The translations under genes were made by a program, and so were the position numbers. Shown in pieces: positions 12,221 through 24,180 of a stretch of DNA of 64,000 nt. Each line of letters opens with the position of its first letter. Positions within the stretch are counted from its first letter, which is position 1. Origin of the DNA: an uncultured Nitrososphaeraceae archaeon (lineage in GTDB: Archaea; Thermoproteota; Nitrososphaeria; Nitrososphaerales; Nitrososphaeraceae); the NCBI GenBank assembly GCA_963825865.1, contig CAWGVG010000062.1:128001-192000 (forward strand). The letters run 5' to 3'. Under the pieces are notes generated by a model, which was not told the DNA's origin, searched no databases, and saw nothing but the letters and a program-made list of their open reading frames with translations.

Positions 12221-12745
12221 ATGGAATTATTCATTCTTCGGCATGGTGAAGCAGGTAAAAGGGTCTCCTCTGGAAATAAAGACTCTGCAAGACCACTTAC
12301 AGTTACAGGTCAAAAAGAGGTTGCAGATATAGCAGCATCACTCAAAGACCTAGGTGTTAAATTTGATCTTATAATCACAAGTCCACTAAAACGAGCACAT
12401 CAAACTGCGGCAATAGTAGCCAAGAAGCTTCAAAATGAAAAGAAAATGGAAGATTGGGACGAATTAAAACCTGAAGTCAAACCGCTGGAGCTTTATCATA
12501 AATTATCCTCATCACCACAATTCAAACCACAATCGTCCGTACTTGTTGTAGGACATGAGCCTTATCTTAGTAAGATGATAAGTGAGATTATAGCTGATGC
12601 AAATGGCGATGGTGGTTCTGTCCACATAGCTCTCAAGAAAGCAGGACTGGCAAGAATTAGGGTAACTTCTAATTCTAATTCTAAGATGCAAGGCGAATTA
12701 AAATGGTTACTTACTCCAAGACATATGAAGAATATGTTAAAATGA
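12221..12745 (+). CDS. sixA: SixA-like phosphohistidine phosphatase
   Basis: LFILRHGEA, RPLT, TSPLKRAHQTA and VLVVGHEP histidine-phosphatase motifs. Confidence 0.9.
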   Translation: MELFILRHGEAGKRVSSGNKDSARPLTVTGQKEVADIAASLKDLGVKFDLIITSPLKRAHQTAAIVAKKLQNEKKMEDWDELKPEVKPLELYHKLSSSPQFKPQSSVLVVGHEPYLSKMISEIIADANGDGGSVHIALKKAGLARIRVTSNSNSKMQGELKWLLTPRHMKNMLK

Positions 12746-12886
12746 ATTCTATATGAAGAATATAACAATAAGAATTCTATATGAAATACATATTAACAGA
12801 TTTAATAAAAGTATACGAATTATATAAAATGTCCTGACAAGTGAAATTAAAACTGCCTTTATTACTAACAGGAAGGGTAGCTCAAT

Positions 12887-14441
12887 TTGAAAGTATCAGT
12901 TGTAGACCTTGGCTTCAATTCTGTTAAATTAGTTAATTACTATGCGAACAAGGATAATTCCTACAATGCCTATGAGCAAGACAGCGTAAAAGTCAAACTT
13001 GGCGAAAAATTAAATGAGACTGGATGCCTTGGAAGCGAATCTATCCAGCGCACAATTAATTGTTTGAAATTGTTTCGGGATATAATTGGTTTTCAATCCA
13101 TAAAACACGTACTAGCCGTTGCTACGAGTGCGGTAAGAGAGGCAGGAAATAAAGAGGACTTCCTCAAAAAAGTCTATGAAGAGACAGGATTTCGATTTAG
13201 AGTATTATCTGGTAAAGAAGAAGCACTATACTCATATGCAGGTGCATTAAAGTCAACATGCATTCCAACTGCGCTTTTTTTTGATTTAGGTGGCGGAAGT
13301 CTGGAAATAGTATACACAGAAAATTACAGTATTAAGAAATTTATATCGTTACCACTAGGTGCATTAAGGCTATCACAAACTTATGGTAGAACTGATGGCA
13401 GTTTTACTAAGAAAAATTATTCTAGGATGAAATCATACATACTCGAAGTTCTTCCTACTAGAAAAGAACTTGACATGAGTCCTGATACCACAATTGTTGG
13501 TGTTGGTGGTACATTACGAGCCATCGCCCGGTACGATCAAGAAATCAGAAGCTACGCGCTCAACAAAATTCACAATTACAGGATGGATTACGAATCTATC
13601 GATTCAATTAATACAGGTTTTTGTAAAATGAGAGCAAATGATATAGCTAAGATTGATGCTATTGGTAACAACAGAGCAGAAGCTATCACTGCTGGTTCAT
13701 GTATTATCAATATGCTAATGCAGAAATTTCGATTCCAAAGGGTAATTATAAGTGCTAGAGGTTTAAGAGAAGGAATTATTTCAGCATTCTTGGAATCACC
13801 CAATACATACTGTACAGAAAATATCAACCAAGATCAAATTCAGAATTCTGTTATACTCTCTTGTAAACAGCCAATCGTTCAAAAGCCTATCTATGCTTTC
13901 ATAAATGCTTTGATTTCTATTGGCTTGGTTAAGGAACGGGAGTACGAAATCATAGTTCATGCGATAAAGCAACTGTCAAAAATGTCCCCCGCTAGCAATT
14001 TACACAATATGTTTTACATGATCATTGATGAAGACAGTTCGCACCTTAGTCACAGTGAGCAATTGGTTCTGGCTTTATCCATGATATATACACGAAAAAC
14101 AAAGACTGCAAATTCATTGTTTTCAAGATACAGATCAATATTGCAACCACAAAATAGGAAATCTATTGAAAAAATTGCAGACATGCATTAGCCTTTCAGA
14201 AATTCTAGGAAGAAATAATTCCAAAATCAAATTAACAGCACCCAATGGGATGAAAATTGTCATGAGTATTATACCAGGAAAAGAGAATCCACTGCCCATG
14301 ATTTTGTTAGAAAATGCATTAAAAAACTTTGAAATTGCCTTTGGCGTTTCAATTGATTATTCGATATCTGTTCTCAATCTAGAAAAGCAGCAACAACAAA
14401 ATCATGTTTATTTTACAATGCCTAAAGAAATAACCACCTAG
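12887..14441 (+). CDS. ppx: Ppx/GppA-family exopolyphosphatase (frameshift near 14180)
   Basis: VVDLGFNSVKL, ATSAVREA, EEALY, DLGGGSLE, GVGGTLRA and GLREG motifs. The C-terminal part is in 14166..14441. Confidence 0.9.
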
Positions 14442-14714
14442 AAGAGCTAATTTTAGAAGATGAGAAAATATATCTCATTAAGGCATAAAAAAACTCGTTG
14501 TAATTGAGTGTGCTATGTTATCTCATAAATTTGGGGCTTCTGTCAAGTCTTCGTCGGATACTTGCTTTTTAATATCTCTTACTGGTAATTTTTTTCCTTG
14601 AAACTGTTCATATAAGCATGGCTGGTACTTATTAATCAACTCAAGTAATCTGTTTGTATTGGGTAACGATCAATTGACGTTATTGGTAGAGTGTTAGTTT
14701 GCATTCTCATATCA

Positions 14715-15470
14715 TCAGAATTGTTGTTTTTTGTTTGCTCGTTTGTTAGATGTCAACATAACTTTTTGTCTGAGAGATTGATGATATTGTTTAGGTGAAA
14801 GTATGTCTCTAATCTTTTGCCTAACTAATCGTTGTTGGTCTTCAATTCCAGTTGTACCGTCTATGACTGTAAAAGCTTCAGATTGAATCATAGAGTCATA
14901 CTGATCAATGATCCTGCTTTGAAAAATTCTATAACTATCGTAAGGGTCATTGCTTAAATTCAAATCCATGCCTGCCTCATAATACTTTAATTTAGGTCTA
15001 CCCATCATTATCCTTTCAATTGCAATATCAACTGGAACCCTAAAATAAAATACTATGTTAGGCTTTAATGCAAAATCATAAATATTGCGAACCAACTTAG
15101 GGCTGCAACCTCTGACTACATCTCTAGCATATGCAGTATACACATATCTATCAGCTAGTACAATATAACCAGCACGAAGTAGCGGGAAAATATTTCTTTC
15201 ATATCTATCTGCAAAATCAGTAGCATGTAAAAGACTAAATGTAGTTGGTGTGAGCCGACCCTTCTTCTTACCTTTCGATGTTATCTCTTTTACTATTTCA
15301 GAGGAATTCCATTCAGTCTTAAAAACTGGTAAACCTTCTGATAATAACCATTTATCAAGCAGATGAATCTGTGTTGATTTTCCAAATCCGTCTATCCCTT
15401 CTACTACAATAAGCTTACCTTTTACTTCAAGCTTTTTGTTATGCAGCATTGAGATACCTTCCTTCGTCAT
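14715..15470 (-). CDS. Thymidylate-kinase-like P-loop kinase (paralog A)
   Basis: GKLIVVEGIDGFGKST and IVLADRY. The canonical Tmk REP motif is replaced by TEWNSS, and a YYEAGMD lid is present. Confidence 0.85.
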   Translation of the reverse strand: MTKEGISMLHNKKLEVKGKLIVVEGIDGFGKSTQIHLLDKWLLSEGLPVFKTEWNSSEIVKEITSKGKKKGRLTPTTFSLLHATDFADRYERNIFPLLRAGYIVLADRYVYTAYARDVVRGCSPKLVRNIYDFALKPNIVFYFRVPVDIAIERIMMGRPKLKYYEAGMDLNLSNDPYDSYRIFQSRIIDQYDSMIQSEAFTVIDGTTGIEDQQRLVRQKIRDILSPKQYHQSLRQKVMLTSNKRANKKQQF

Positions 15471-15717
15471 CCTGCTTCTGTCCTATATTCATCATTGCAT
15501 TTTATATTAATAATGGTTAGTGTGACAGAAATGGTATTATTAACTTATCAGAAGCAACTTGTTTTTTATTATTTACCCACGCTATCTTATTTCAATGTTT
15601 TTGTGTTTAAAGGCTCTATATAGAAATAATCTATATGAGATTGATAGTTTAAACACCATGCTGTATTGTATGAGGTTTGGGTTACAGGCTGTTCAATGAG
15701 TGATTTAAAAATAAAGG

Positions 15718-15895
15718 AAGCATTTACGTTACATTCAATGGTTTAACAATCAAGTAATGCTGTATTAAAAGCGGAGGGCTTTGTATCAGATGAAGGTTCT
15801 GAAGTTGAAAAGCGTTCCCCCTAAAGCCAGTCTACTGCAGCAACTGCAAGGAGGCTAATCTCAAAAATGCCAAGTGATGTTCAAAGTGCGACATG
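15718..15895 (+). pseudogene. C-terminal remnant of a tyrosine recombinase/integrase with Zn ribbon
   Basis: Manual translation across shifts gives KHLRYIQWFNNQ / SSNAVLKAEG / LKPVYCSNCKEANLKNAK*CSKCDM. This is the catalytic-Tyr region plus a double-CxxC tail seen in archaeal integrases. Confidence 0.5.
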
Positions 15896-16202
15896 CACAA
15901 GACCATACAATCATGGAAGTGATGCAGCACTAGATAATAAAAACAAGCACATTTCGTGTGGGAAATCACCAGTAATCAATCATCTTTGAAGGTCACTGTC
16001 TTATTACAGCAAGATTTAGTCTTTTTATTCGCTCCATTATCCACACTATAATTTAATACCGCGTTCCAAATGTGACTTTAATATTTGACTAAATAGAAGA
16101 AGATTGTTGTTATTAAGAACATATGAAAAGAACAAGGAGAAGCGATGTGTCTAATAATAGGTTTTAGCTTACTGTTTAAGCAGTGTTTTGCCTTGGCGCC
16201 AG

Positions 16203-16553
16203 TTAGCGAGGACTATAATATATTATTACTACTCCTACTCGTACAATAAAGGATCCAATGATTTCATATCTGCCTGGCTTCTTTTTGTCTATCAATACTC
16301 CCCAGAGAATAGAGAAAACTATGAATATTCCACCATATGCTGCATAAGTTCGGTGGAAATGGGACGGTTGAAAAGTTGGATTTATCCCGTATACAAACAA
16401 TATAAAGCCGCCAATAATCATTAAAATCCAACTCATATCTTCTCTTAACCATAGCCAAACAAGATACCCACCACCGATTTCACACAGTTTTGCAAGAAAA
16501 AATAGGAATAAACTAATTGAAATATCCTTGATATTACTGTTCGATGGCGACAC
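16203..16553 (-). CDS. YnfA/UPF0060 family SMR-like membrane protein
   Basis: CEIGGGYLVWLWLRE and RTYAAYGGIFIV motifs. Confidence 0.9.
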   Translation of the reverse strand: MSPSNSNIKDISISLFLFFLAKLCEIGGGYLVWLWLREDMSWILMIIGGFILFVYGINPTFQPSHFHRTYAAYGGIFIVFSILWGVLIDKKKPGRYEIIGSFIVRVGVVIIYYSPR

Positions 16554-16980
16554 TAGTTGCGAAAGCCATTACTATAAAAATCTGACTAAGGCTTTGAATT
16601 CCAAACTACTCTTTGGTGAATTCCTTTGAATCCTCCAAAGTTATACTATTGAATGGAGTTATAGTTTTATTATTATTATTGGTTATTATTTAACTAATTT
16701 TTCCTCTTCTTTTTTTTGTTTTTCTATAGGCCTCCGGGGCTACGTTTTTCGTTTTTCCTTACCTCTCTTTGTAATTAATTTTCTTAATTTTGCGGTCTCT
16801 TTCATCAGCGTATCTGCATCATAACCATTAAAATCACAGAATTTTTTATCTTGAATTACTGGCAATTCTTCGCTGCTCCTGTAGTTCTTCTACCTCCTCT
16901 TCCTTTTGTTTCCATAATTACACTTACTTTACCTAATTTCCCTTGACAACTTAAATAGTTTCTTTTGTAAACAATAATAT

Positions 16981-17776
16981 ATGCGAGAACAGCAGATTAA
17001 AGAAAGGGTAAAAAAAAGATATGGCAAGATAGCGTTAACAGGTAATAATTCTGAATGTTGTTGTAAAGTGGTGTATCACAAGAAGAATGTGCTAGTGAAA
17101 ATGGTTAATCACCAATGCAATCTGTGAAAGTCTATTGGTTATGACACTACGGATATAGAATCCATTCCTGAAAGTTCCATACTTGGAGTCGGATGTGGTG
17201 CACCTACAAAATTTTCTGATATCAGACAAGGAGAAACTGTTGTAGATTTAGGTTCAGGAGCAGGAATTGACGTATTTTTGGCGGCTAATAGGGTTGGAGA
17301 GTCAGGCAAAGTAATCGGTATTGACATGACAGATGAAATGTTAGAAAAGGCAAGTAAAAATGCAAAGGATAATGACTATACGACAAATGTAGAATTTCGC
17401 AAAGGAGATATTGAAAAAAGAATTCCTGTTGAAGATAATACTGTGGATTTAGTTATAAGCAATTGTGTTATCAATTTGACTACTGATAAAGTAAACACGT
17501 TCAAAGAAATCTACAGAGTATTGAAAAACGATGGAGGTAGAATGATAATTTCGGATTTGGTTACTGAAGAGAGGTAAAGATAGAAATTCAGTTAATCCAG
17601 AAAAATGGTGTAGTTGTATTGATGGCGCATTAACAAAAGAGAATTACTTGCAGAGCATAAGATCTGCAGGATTTAAAAATGTAAACGTGCTGGAAGAAAA
17701 GTCATATATCGAACCCGATGCGGTAGATGGAGGAAGAAAAATTTCTAGTTTAATGATAAAAGCAGTCAAGGATTAA
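16981..17776 (+). CDS. arsM: Arsenite S-adenosylmethionine methyltransferase (frameshifted)
   Basis: MREQQIKERVKKRYGKIA..CCC, LGVGCGAP, VVDLGSGAGID, ISNCVINL and WCSCIDGA motifs over three frames. Confidence 0.88.
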
Positions 17777-17801
17777 TGAAGGTTCATTATGAAGTTCTTA
17801 T

Positions 17802-18236
17802 TTGGTAGACAAATCAAACAAACAAGCTGAACAGGAGAAAGAAAAGACTGTTCTATTTGTATGTGTAGAAAACGCAGGAAGAAGCCAAATGGCAGAGGGT
17901 TTCTTTAGGAAATATGCCCCAAGAGGTTATTCAGCCATAAGTGCAGGAACAAAACCAGCAGGAGAAATCAACCCACTTGCCATACAAGTAATGAAAGAAC
18001 TTAGTATTGACATTAGCAAACAAAAGCCTAAGATAATTACGGAAGACATGATAAAAAATTCGACTGTGAGGGTAAATATGGGATGTATGGACAAGGAATC
18101 ATGCCCTACATTATTCATTCACAACGTGTAAATTGAATGGGGAATCGAAGATCCTAAAGGCAAGTCATTGGAGAAGATAAGAGAAATTAGAGATATTATT
18201 GAACAAAGGGTAAGGCAACTTGCCACAGTTGTGTAA
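17802..18236 (+). CDS. arsC: Thioredoxin-type (LMW-PTP fold) arsenate reductase (frameshift near 18130)
   Basis: LFVCVENAGRSQMAE P-loop, SAGT, and MGC..CP. Continues as EWGIEDPKGK..IRDII. Confidence 0.88.
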
Positions 18237-18239
18237 AGA

Positions 18240-18917
18240 TAGCCCGCAGATTAAGTTCTAATCAAAAGAAGTTTATAGCCGAAGTTATTGGCACGTTTAT
18301 TATTCAGTTGTGTTTTCCACTGGCTCTGTAGTTATAGATGCTAAAGTAAATAGAAGATTAGGAGTTCCGTTTATTGCATTTGCTCCATTTGTAGGTGTTG
18401 CAACGACAGTTTATCTTTTTGGAAAAATCTCTATGGCTCAGTTCAATCCTGCTGTTACAGTCGGGTTTATGATTACAAAACATATTATTACAAGGATTCA
18501 ATTAGTATACTACTTTACGGCAGAGATAATAGGTGCATTATTTGGGAGTTTATTTGTAAAATATTTCATAGGTAATACAGCCAATTTAGGCGCTAATTCA
18601 CCAAATTATAGTTTTCCAATACCTGTAATTTTTGGAATTGAGGTTATAGCATCTGCTTTCCTCATGTCTGTGATCTTGATTGCTGTCTATATGAAGGGAC
18701 TAAAAGGTTTTGGCGGAATTGCAATAGGAGGAATAGTTGGTCTGGACATATTCTTCTTCTCATCTATCTCTGGTGCTTCAATGAATCCTGCTAGGTCATT
18801 GGCTCCTGCATTGCTTTCTGGATCTATGGAGGAATTTATGGCTTTACTGGTAGTGCAACTTTTGTTGGAACTTCAATTGTTGCATTAATATTCAGAAGAA
18901 AATTTGTTCATGTTTAA
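18240..18917 (+). CDS. MIP-family aquaporin/aquaglyceroporin (probable arsenite channel; frameshifted)
   Basis: KFIAEVIGTF N-terminus, two NPA motifs (FNPAVT, SMNPARS); follows arsM-arsC. Confidence 0.88.
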
Positions 18918-19248
18918 CAAGTATCTTATTAATTTATCATAGTGTTTGTTCAGCGGATATCCCGTTTGAGTTTTTTAAATAACTCTTCTCCACATATCCA
19001 AGGAAACGGACCTAACATAATTAGCGACTAAAAGGCTTGTTATGGATAATACAATAGCCTTAAAGAATACAATATCAGCAAATGATGCCAACAAGGTTAT
19101 GTTATAGTAACACAGAATATAATTATTGAACATCATAGATCAACAATTTAATGCGTCTTTGATGTAATTCAATATAATGGTTTAAAATTATAGCAAGGTC
19201 CGCAATAAATCAAATATATTATAATAACAAAATGCTTGTTAGAATTTC

Positions 19249-19792
19249 ATGAAGAACAACACAACTTTAATAATCGTCGCAACAGCGATTATGATATCCG
19301 CATTTATGGTGACAGCAGTTGTATGGCATCAGCAACAAACGCAAGCCATGATGGAGTCTAAGAGTCGCTCCATATCATGTGTAGACAATCAGCCATGTCA
19401 TACTTCAAGTGAACAGATTCAAGTACACCTTCTCCAACACTAGCACCTTCTCCGGCATCAATATTAATGCCCCATTCATCAACATCAACATCTACACCTT
19501 CTCCAGCATCATCAAAATTACATCACCATAACTTCCATACTCTTCGACAATGACTACGAGCCACCCTTCAGCGTTGAATTCAACACAAGCACCTTCTCCA
19601 GCATCAATATTAATGCCCCATTCATCAACATCAACATCTACACCTTCTCCAGCATCATCAAAATTACATCACCATAACTTCCATCACTCGACAATGACTA
19701 CGAGCCACCCTTCAGCGTTGAATTCAACTGAGAGCCTATCCGACGATTATCGTTCTATAGCCAATGAGCTATCTAATTTAACGAGCAGCTGA
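19249..19792 (+). CDS. Secreted Ser/Thr/Pro/His-rich protein with internal 48-aa repeat (frameshifted)
   Basis: Signal-like N-terminus in 19249..19443 and low-complexity repeat continuation in 19550..19792. Confidence 0.55.
19442..19728. repeat. Two near-identical tandem copies of a ~144-bp unit
   Basis: AGCACCTTCTCC...GCGTTGAATTCAAC occurs at 19442 and 19588. Confidence 0.95.
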
Positions 19793-20012
19793 AACAACGA
19801 GCCTCTACAACTAGCTAAACATAGCAATGTAAGATAGCTTTCATATTTTTCATGTCTTGCATTCAATTTTCTAAATCCGTTATGTCATAAGTTGGCTCTT
19901 TCTCCAACACAACCCATATTGTGGTATTAGCGCGTCGTATGATTAATTTTTGTATAGTGATCCTCTTTTTTTTTATTTGGCTCTCAACTATGTCTATATA
20001 TGTATGATTCCA

Positions 20013-20536
20013 TCACTTGGTGTTACCAACCATAGCATTAGCTGTTAAAGTATCAGTAGCATTACTCAGAACAATTCTCTCTCCAAATGTCTGTCCGTTA
20101 TCGTTACTTGCTCTGAACGCTGGCTCTTTTATTCCATCCTTTTCATTTACTTCCCACCACGATACGTATACGTTACTTTCCTCTGCTCTTATTGATGGAT
20201 CGACTGAATCAAATTTAGTCGAATTGCTTAGATTAATTTTTGGACCAAATGTCTTGCCGTCATCGCTAGATGCTCTAAACATTATTTCAAAGTTTCCTCC
20301 AGTTTTATTACTTGACCAGGTTATGTAGACATTGTTTCCAGATGTAGATATGGGTGCCAAAAATAAAGGATACAACATTGCACAGCTTTTTGTACAGTAG
20401 CAGAGCCTGTTAATTGTGAAGGTAGTGGAGTCATAGCACCGTACACATTGGTCATTTGTAAAATTACTAAAAATAATGCCATGGATACAGATAGACTTAC
20501 GCTAACAATTATGGTTCTGTACCTTAACCTTAACAT
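20013..20536 (-). CDS. BNR/Asp-box (sialidase-like) repeat secreted protein (frameshifted)
   Basis: Two GNNVYxxW...FRASxDxGxTF Asp-box repeats; signal peptide in 20321..20536. Confidence 0.8.
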
Positions 20537-20574
20537 TTTCCTCCTATGCTGAGAAATAAGAGTTATAAGAGTTC

Positions 20575-20815
20575 ATAAGTTGGTCTTGGATCACCTGTTA
20601 CTCATCCATTTGCTACGTTATAAGAGCTAGCCCCGTTAACCGGGGTTGCTCCATGTGTATGACCCAAAACAAGATTAATAACACCAGGCGTAGATGGATC
20701 AAAGGTAGTACCTGAAAAAATTATCGCTCATTGCATAGTGCTGAGCACAGTTCAATAACGCAGTCACAGTATTACGATCATAATAACCCATAACCTGCTT
20801 GAGGCGGTCAGGATC
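20575..20815 (-). pseudogene. Internal remnant of a phosphoesterase/phospholipase C (AcpA/PlcH family)
   Basis: Manual translation: QVMGYYDRNTVTALLNCAQHYAMSDNFF/GTTFDPSTPGVINLV..HTHG..VTGDPRP. Confidence 0.75.
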
Positions 20816-20997
20816 TCATCTAAATCCACATTGCTTTGGATTTGGAGATGTGTATTTTACGAACTTATCCATCAAGCCTCCATTAGTTGCATTCTGTCCT
20901 TCATAGAGACATATAGATTAGATACTTCTATATTGATATCAAGCTTTCATTTTCGATATGCCTTTCTTTTCCAAATTGCTTTCCAAAAGTGCGAGAC

Positions 20998-21328
20998 AAT
21001 GGATGAAATGGCACAAAATTGGCAGTCTGAGTTTTCGCAAATAATAAGGAAAGTAGTAGGATTAGCAATATTACGATTCGTAGGAAGTCCAATATCTAAA
21101 GGAGATGAGAAACGATATGAAACAATATTTCGGAAAATATTGGAAAAACAACTAGAACCACAAGAAGCAGACAATTTCTAAAAGAACTGGAACAGAAATA
21201 TCCTAAAAGTTAGAGACGTGCACTTTAGCGGAGATGTGGATATAATAGATACAACATGCGAATTAGCACAAGTGGCGCATATAGCAATAACTGCAATTAT
21301 ATTGGCAAGAAAGAACAAGAAAGGTTAG
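20998..21328 (+). CDS. Hypothetical protein (frameshifted)
   Basis: The open frame of 20831..21181 continues via shifts to ...AIILARKNKKG*. No recognisable motif. Confidence 0.35.
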
Positions 21329-21849
21329 TTGGTCAAAGAAACCAGCTAAAGTAAATAAACAAGACTGCAAAACAGTATAGATCTGTTTTTAGGATCATTG
21401 TTACGCATAATTGGTAAAAATTATTCCAAATTGCTATTCAGGGACAGCAGTAGCGGCATAAGAAGAAGCTAACAACAGGCTACCAAACATGGTTTTCCTG
21501 TTTGGTAATTGAAGTGAGGTAATTGCCCTATTCATTAAGATCAGCCAAGTCTCAGCTGTCTGGAAATTCTAATGTTTTTACTGTCAACTTTTAGGAAAGT
21601 ATGTCACAGAAACAGACGATAGACATAGTCGTGCCTCCTATCGAGGGAGGGATGAAAGAAAAGGCTATGCCAACGTATAAGCAAGTCTCTTGCTATCATA
21701 CACTAATTGGGAAAATCAGTTTGGAAATAGGATTAGCGAAGACAATGAAAATGTGGATTTTCGTTATTAGCGATCCTTTATATAAAAAACGGCTGCATCC
21801 ATTGTATATTCTAGACGAACAATGAAATGCATGGCGATATATTGCATTA

Positions 21850-22203
21850 TTACTGTAACTTTAGTCCTATAGCCCTATCAATTATTTTCGAATGATCAGC
21901 TTGTACCTCGGTTGTTATATACAAAACATGATTATCGTCCAACGGCATAGTAATGCGCTTAATCTTTTCATATTCAGCTAATACGTATTTTCCTTTTCCA
22001 ATCTTTGGTGCAAGTTGGCTACGCGTCTTCCAAGCGTTAATAGCCAGTTCAAGTGATTTTTTACTCTCTTCTGGTGTGAGCAAGTTCTTTACGCCTTGCC
22101 TATGTTCTGAATACATTATTTTGCCATTTAGATCACAGATTGTCACCAGTCTAATGTTTGGGTCACTGTTCATGATTTCTTCATAAATGCGTTTATAATC
22201 CAT
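21850..22203 (-). CDS. Roadblock/profilin-like small protein (DUF6659-type)
   Basis: DPNIRLVTICDLNGKI...KIGKGKYVLAEYEKIKRITMPL pattern. Confidence 0.7.
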   Translation of the reverse strand: MDYKRIYEEIMNSDPNIRLVTICDLNGKIMYSEHRQGVKNLLTPEESKKSLELAINAWKTRSQLAPKIGKGKYVLAEYEKIKRITMPLDDNHVLYITTEVQADHSKIIDRAIGLKLQ

Positions 22204-22398
22204 TATCTAGGTATGTATGTAGCGAACTTAATAAGATTTTTCGAAAACGACTCAATAAACATGGCATCTTTTGCTTCTTGTTATGTTTGGTACTAAACCA
22301 TAATGCAAGCGATGTAAACCCAAGGATATGCAAATTATAACTTAACTAACTCTCATATCATAAACTACATGCCTAGAAAATATGCATAGCTAACTACA

Positions 22399-22931
22399 TC
22401 AATGTTTATTGCATCTTTCAATCGCCTTGGAGATACTTTTCTTTGCAACTTCTTTACCTTCCCATCTTATTACTTTGACATATTTTCCCTTTTCTAAGTC
22501 TTTGTGATGCTCGATGAAATGCTTGATCTGGTTGAGTATATGCTCTTCAATACTATCGATATCTCTAACAGTTGAAAAACTTGGATCTAATTTTGTATTA
22601 GGTACTGCAATGATCTTTGAATCCTGTCCTTCTTGGTCTTCAGTTAACAATATTCCAACTGGACGGGCACGAATCACCGACATTGGTATCTACAGGATCA
22701 TCTCCCAGTACGAATACATCTAAAGGATCTCCATCTTCTTCTTTAGTATTAGGAATAAAGCCGTAATTACAAGGATAAAACATTGCAGTGGATAATTTTC
22801 TATCTACAAATATTCTCTCCGCTTTCGACATCTATTTCATATTTGATGTTACTATCCTTTGGTATCTCTACTATAACATTAAATTCATCAGAACGATTTT
22901 TGTCTGAATTCAGTTTGTTTATGACAGTCAT
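22399..22931 (-). CDS. ppa: Family I inorganic pyrophosphatase (frameshifted)
   Basis: [38 protein letters not shown] and HHKDLE across three frames. Confidence 0.92.
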
Positions 22932-23253
22932 TTCTTATCAATAAAAGTCAAACACATATCTAAAATATATATTATATCCAAAAAAAGCTGTTATAAAGAA
23001 ATCCATATTATGGATACAGAACTGTGTGAAGTTATGAGGTACTTGTAGGATTTATTCAAAGATTCATTGAATGAATTTAGGGCTTAATATTTTGCTACTC
23101 AATTCTTGGGCACATCATTGTATTCCATTTAAATATCGCAGACAATTGGTCAGAGGAAACACAAAATCAGTCATCTAGAGATACCTGGAAAAATTCCACG
23201 ATCAAAATGATTTCCATCTCATACTCTCAATCGAGCTGCGTAGTATATACACA

Positions 23254-24082
23254 TCAGGCTAAGGACCAAATTTGATTTAAGAAATTCTCCTTAGGATTAG
23301 AGAGGTTACCCTTGCAAAATTGAATGAATTCTTCATATTTATGATTTCTTTCTTCAATTTCATCATCAAGAATATAATGAACTGCTCTTGGATTTCTAAT
23401 CCTTTTTAGATAGGCTATAGTAATATCTTCGTCATGTATTGATCCTAGCATATCTTGTATCTCTTCCAATTCGGTTATCATTCTTTGTATTTCCTTGTTT
23501 TGATCAGGCAGTAACTCCAACAAATACCTCAATTTTTTACAATCCTTTCTCATTTCGTGCAATTCTCCTACCTTTTTACTATTTGTAAGTACCGATTGGA
23601 AAATTTAGCTCTATTCTGTCGCTAAATCTACCTACTATATTTTTAAACCTCTGTTGTAATTTTTTCCCAGGTATGTCCTCTTCATCGATCTTGGGTGATT
23701 TATCTTTTAACGACAATGCAACATTCCTAGCTTTTCTAATTTTTGTATCTCTTCTTTTTTCTAAAGATCTGGTTAGTTCCGCATATATCGAATCTGAAGA
23801 ATATTTTTTTAACTTTCCGTAAATTATATCATAATCTCTAATTTGGCTATTTATTTTAAAAAGCCGTTTGCTTGCTGTAATGTAATTAGATACTCTAGTC
23901 CTTTTACGAACTTTCTTTGGTAATGATCTAAAGGAAGCATCCAGTTTTCTAATAGCTGTCCTAATGTCATGTATGTTATCCTCATTTGGATCAGCGAGGT
24001 AGTTATTGACTCTATTATCTACCTTTTGTATATTTTCTTGGAGTTTTGTTACAAAGGGTTTAGTAGAAATTGAGAATGTCAT
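23254..24082 (-). CDS. CHAD domain polyphosphate-binding protein (frameshift near 23570)
   Basis: IHDIRTAIRKL, IRDYDI, LHEMRKDCKKLRYLLE and IQDMLGSIHD CHAD motifs. Confidence 0.9.
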
Positions 24083-24180
24083 AATAGTCTTTTGCAGGTG
24101 TTACCTATGTATATGTATTGGTCCACATTGATTTGTCTTCTTTCAACGAATAATTATTTTTACTCAGTTTTTGATTATCA

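Noticed and set aside
1798-13827. Long antisense ORFs (e.g. 1798..2235, 9588..9938, 10362..10646, 11143..11514, 13588..13827)
   Set aside because: They are shadows on the opposite strand of well-supported genes and have no motifs of their own.
20624-20651. Hairpin GAGCTAGCCCCGTTAACCGGGGTTGCTC as an IS200/IS605 end
   Set aside because: It lies within the phosphoesterase remnant's reading frame, and no tnpA or tnpB is nearby.
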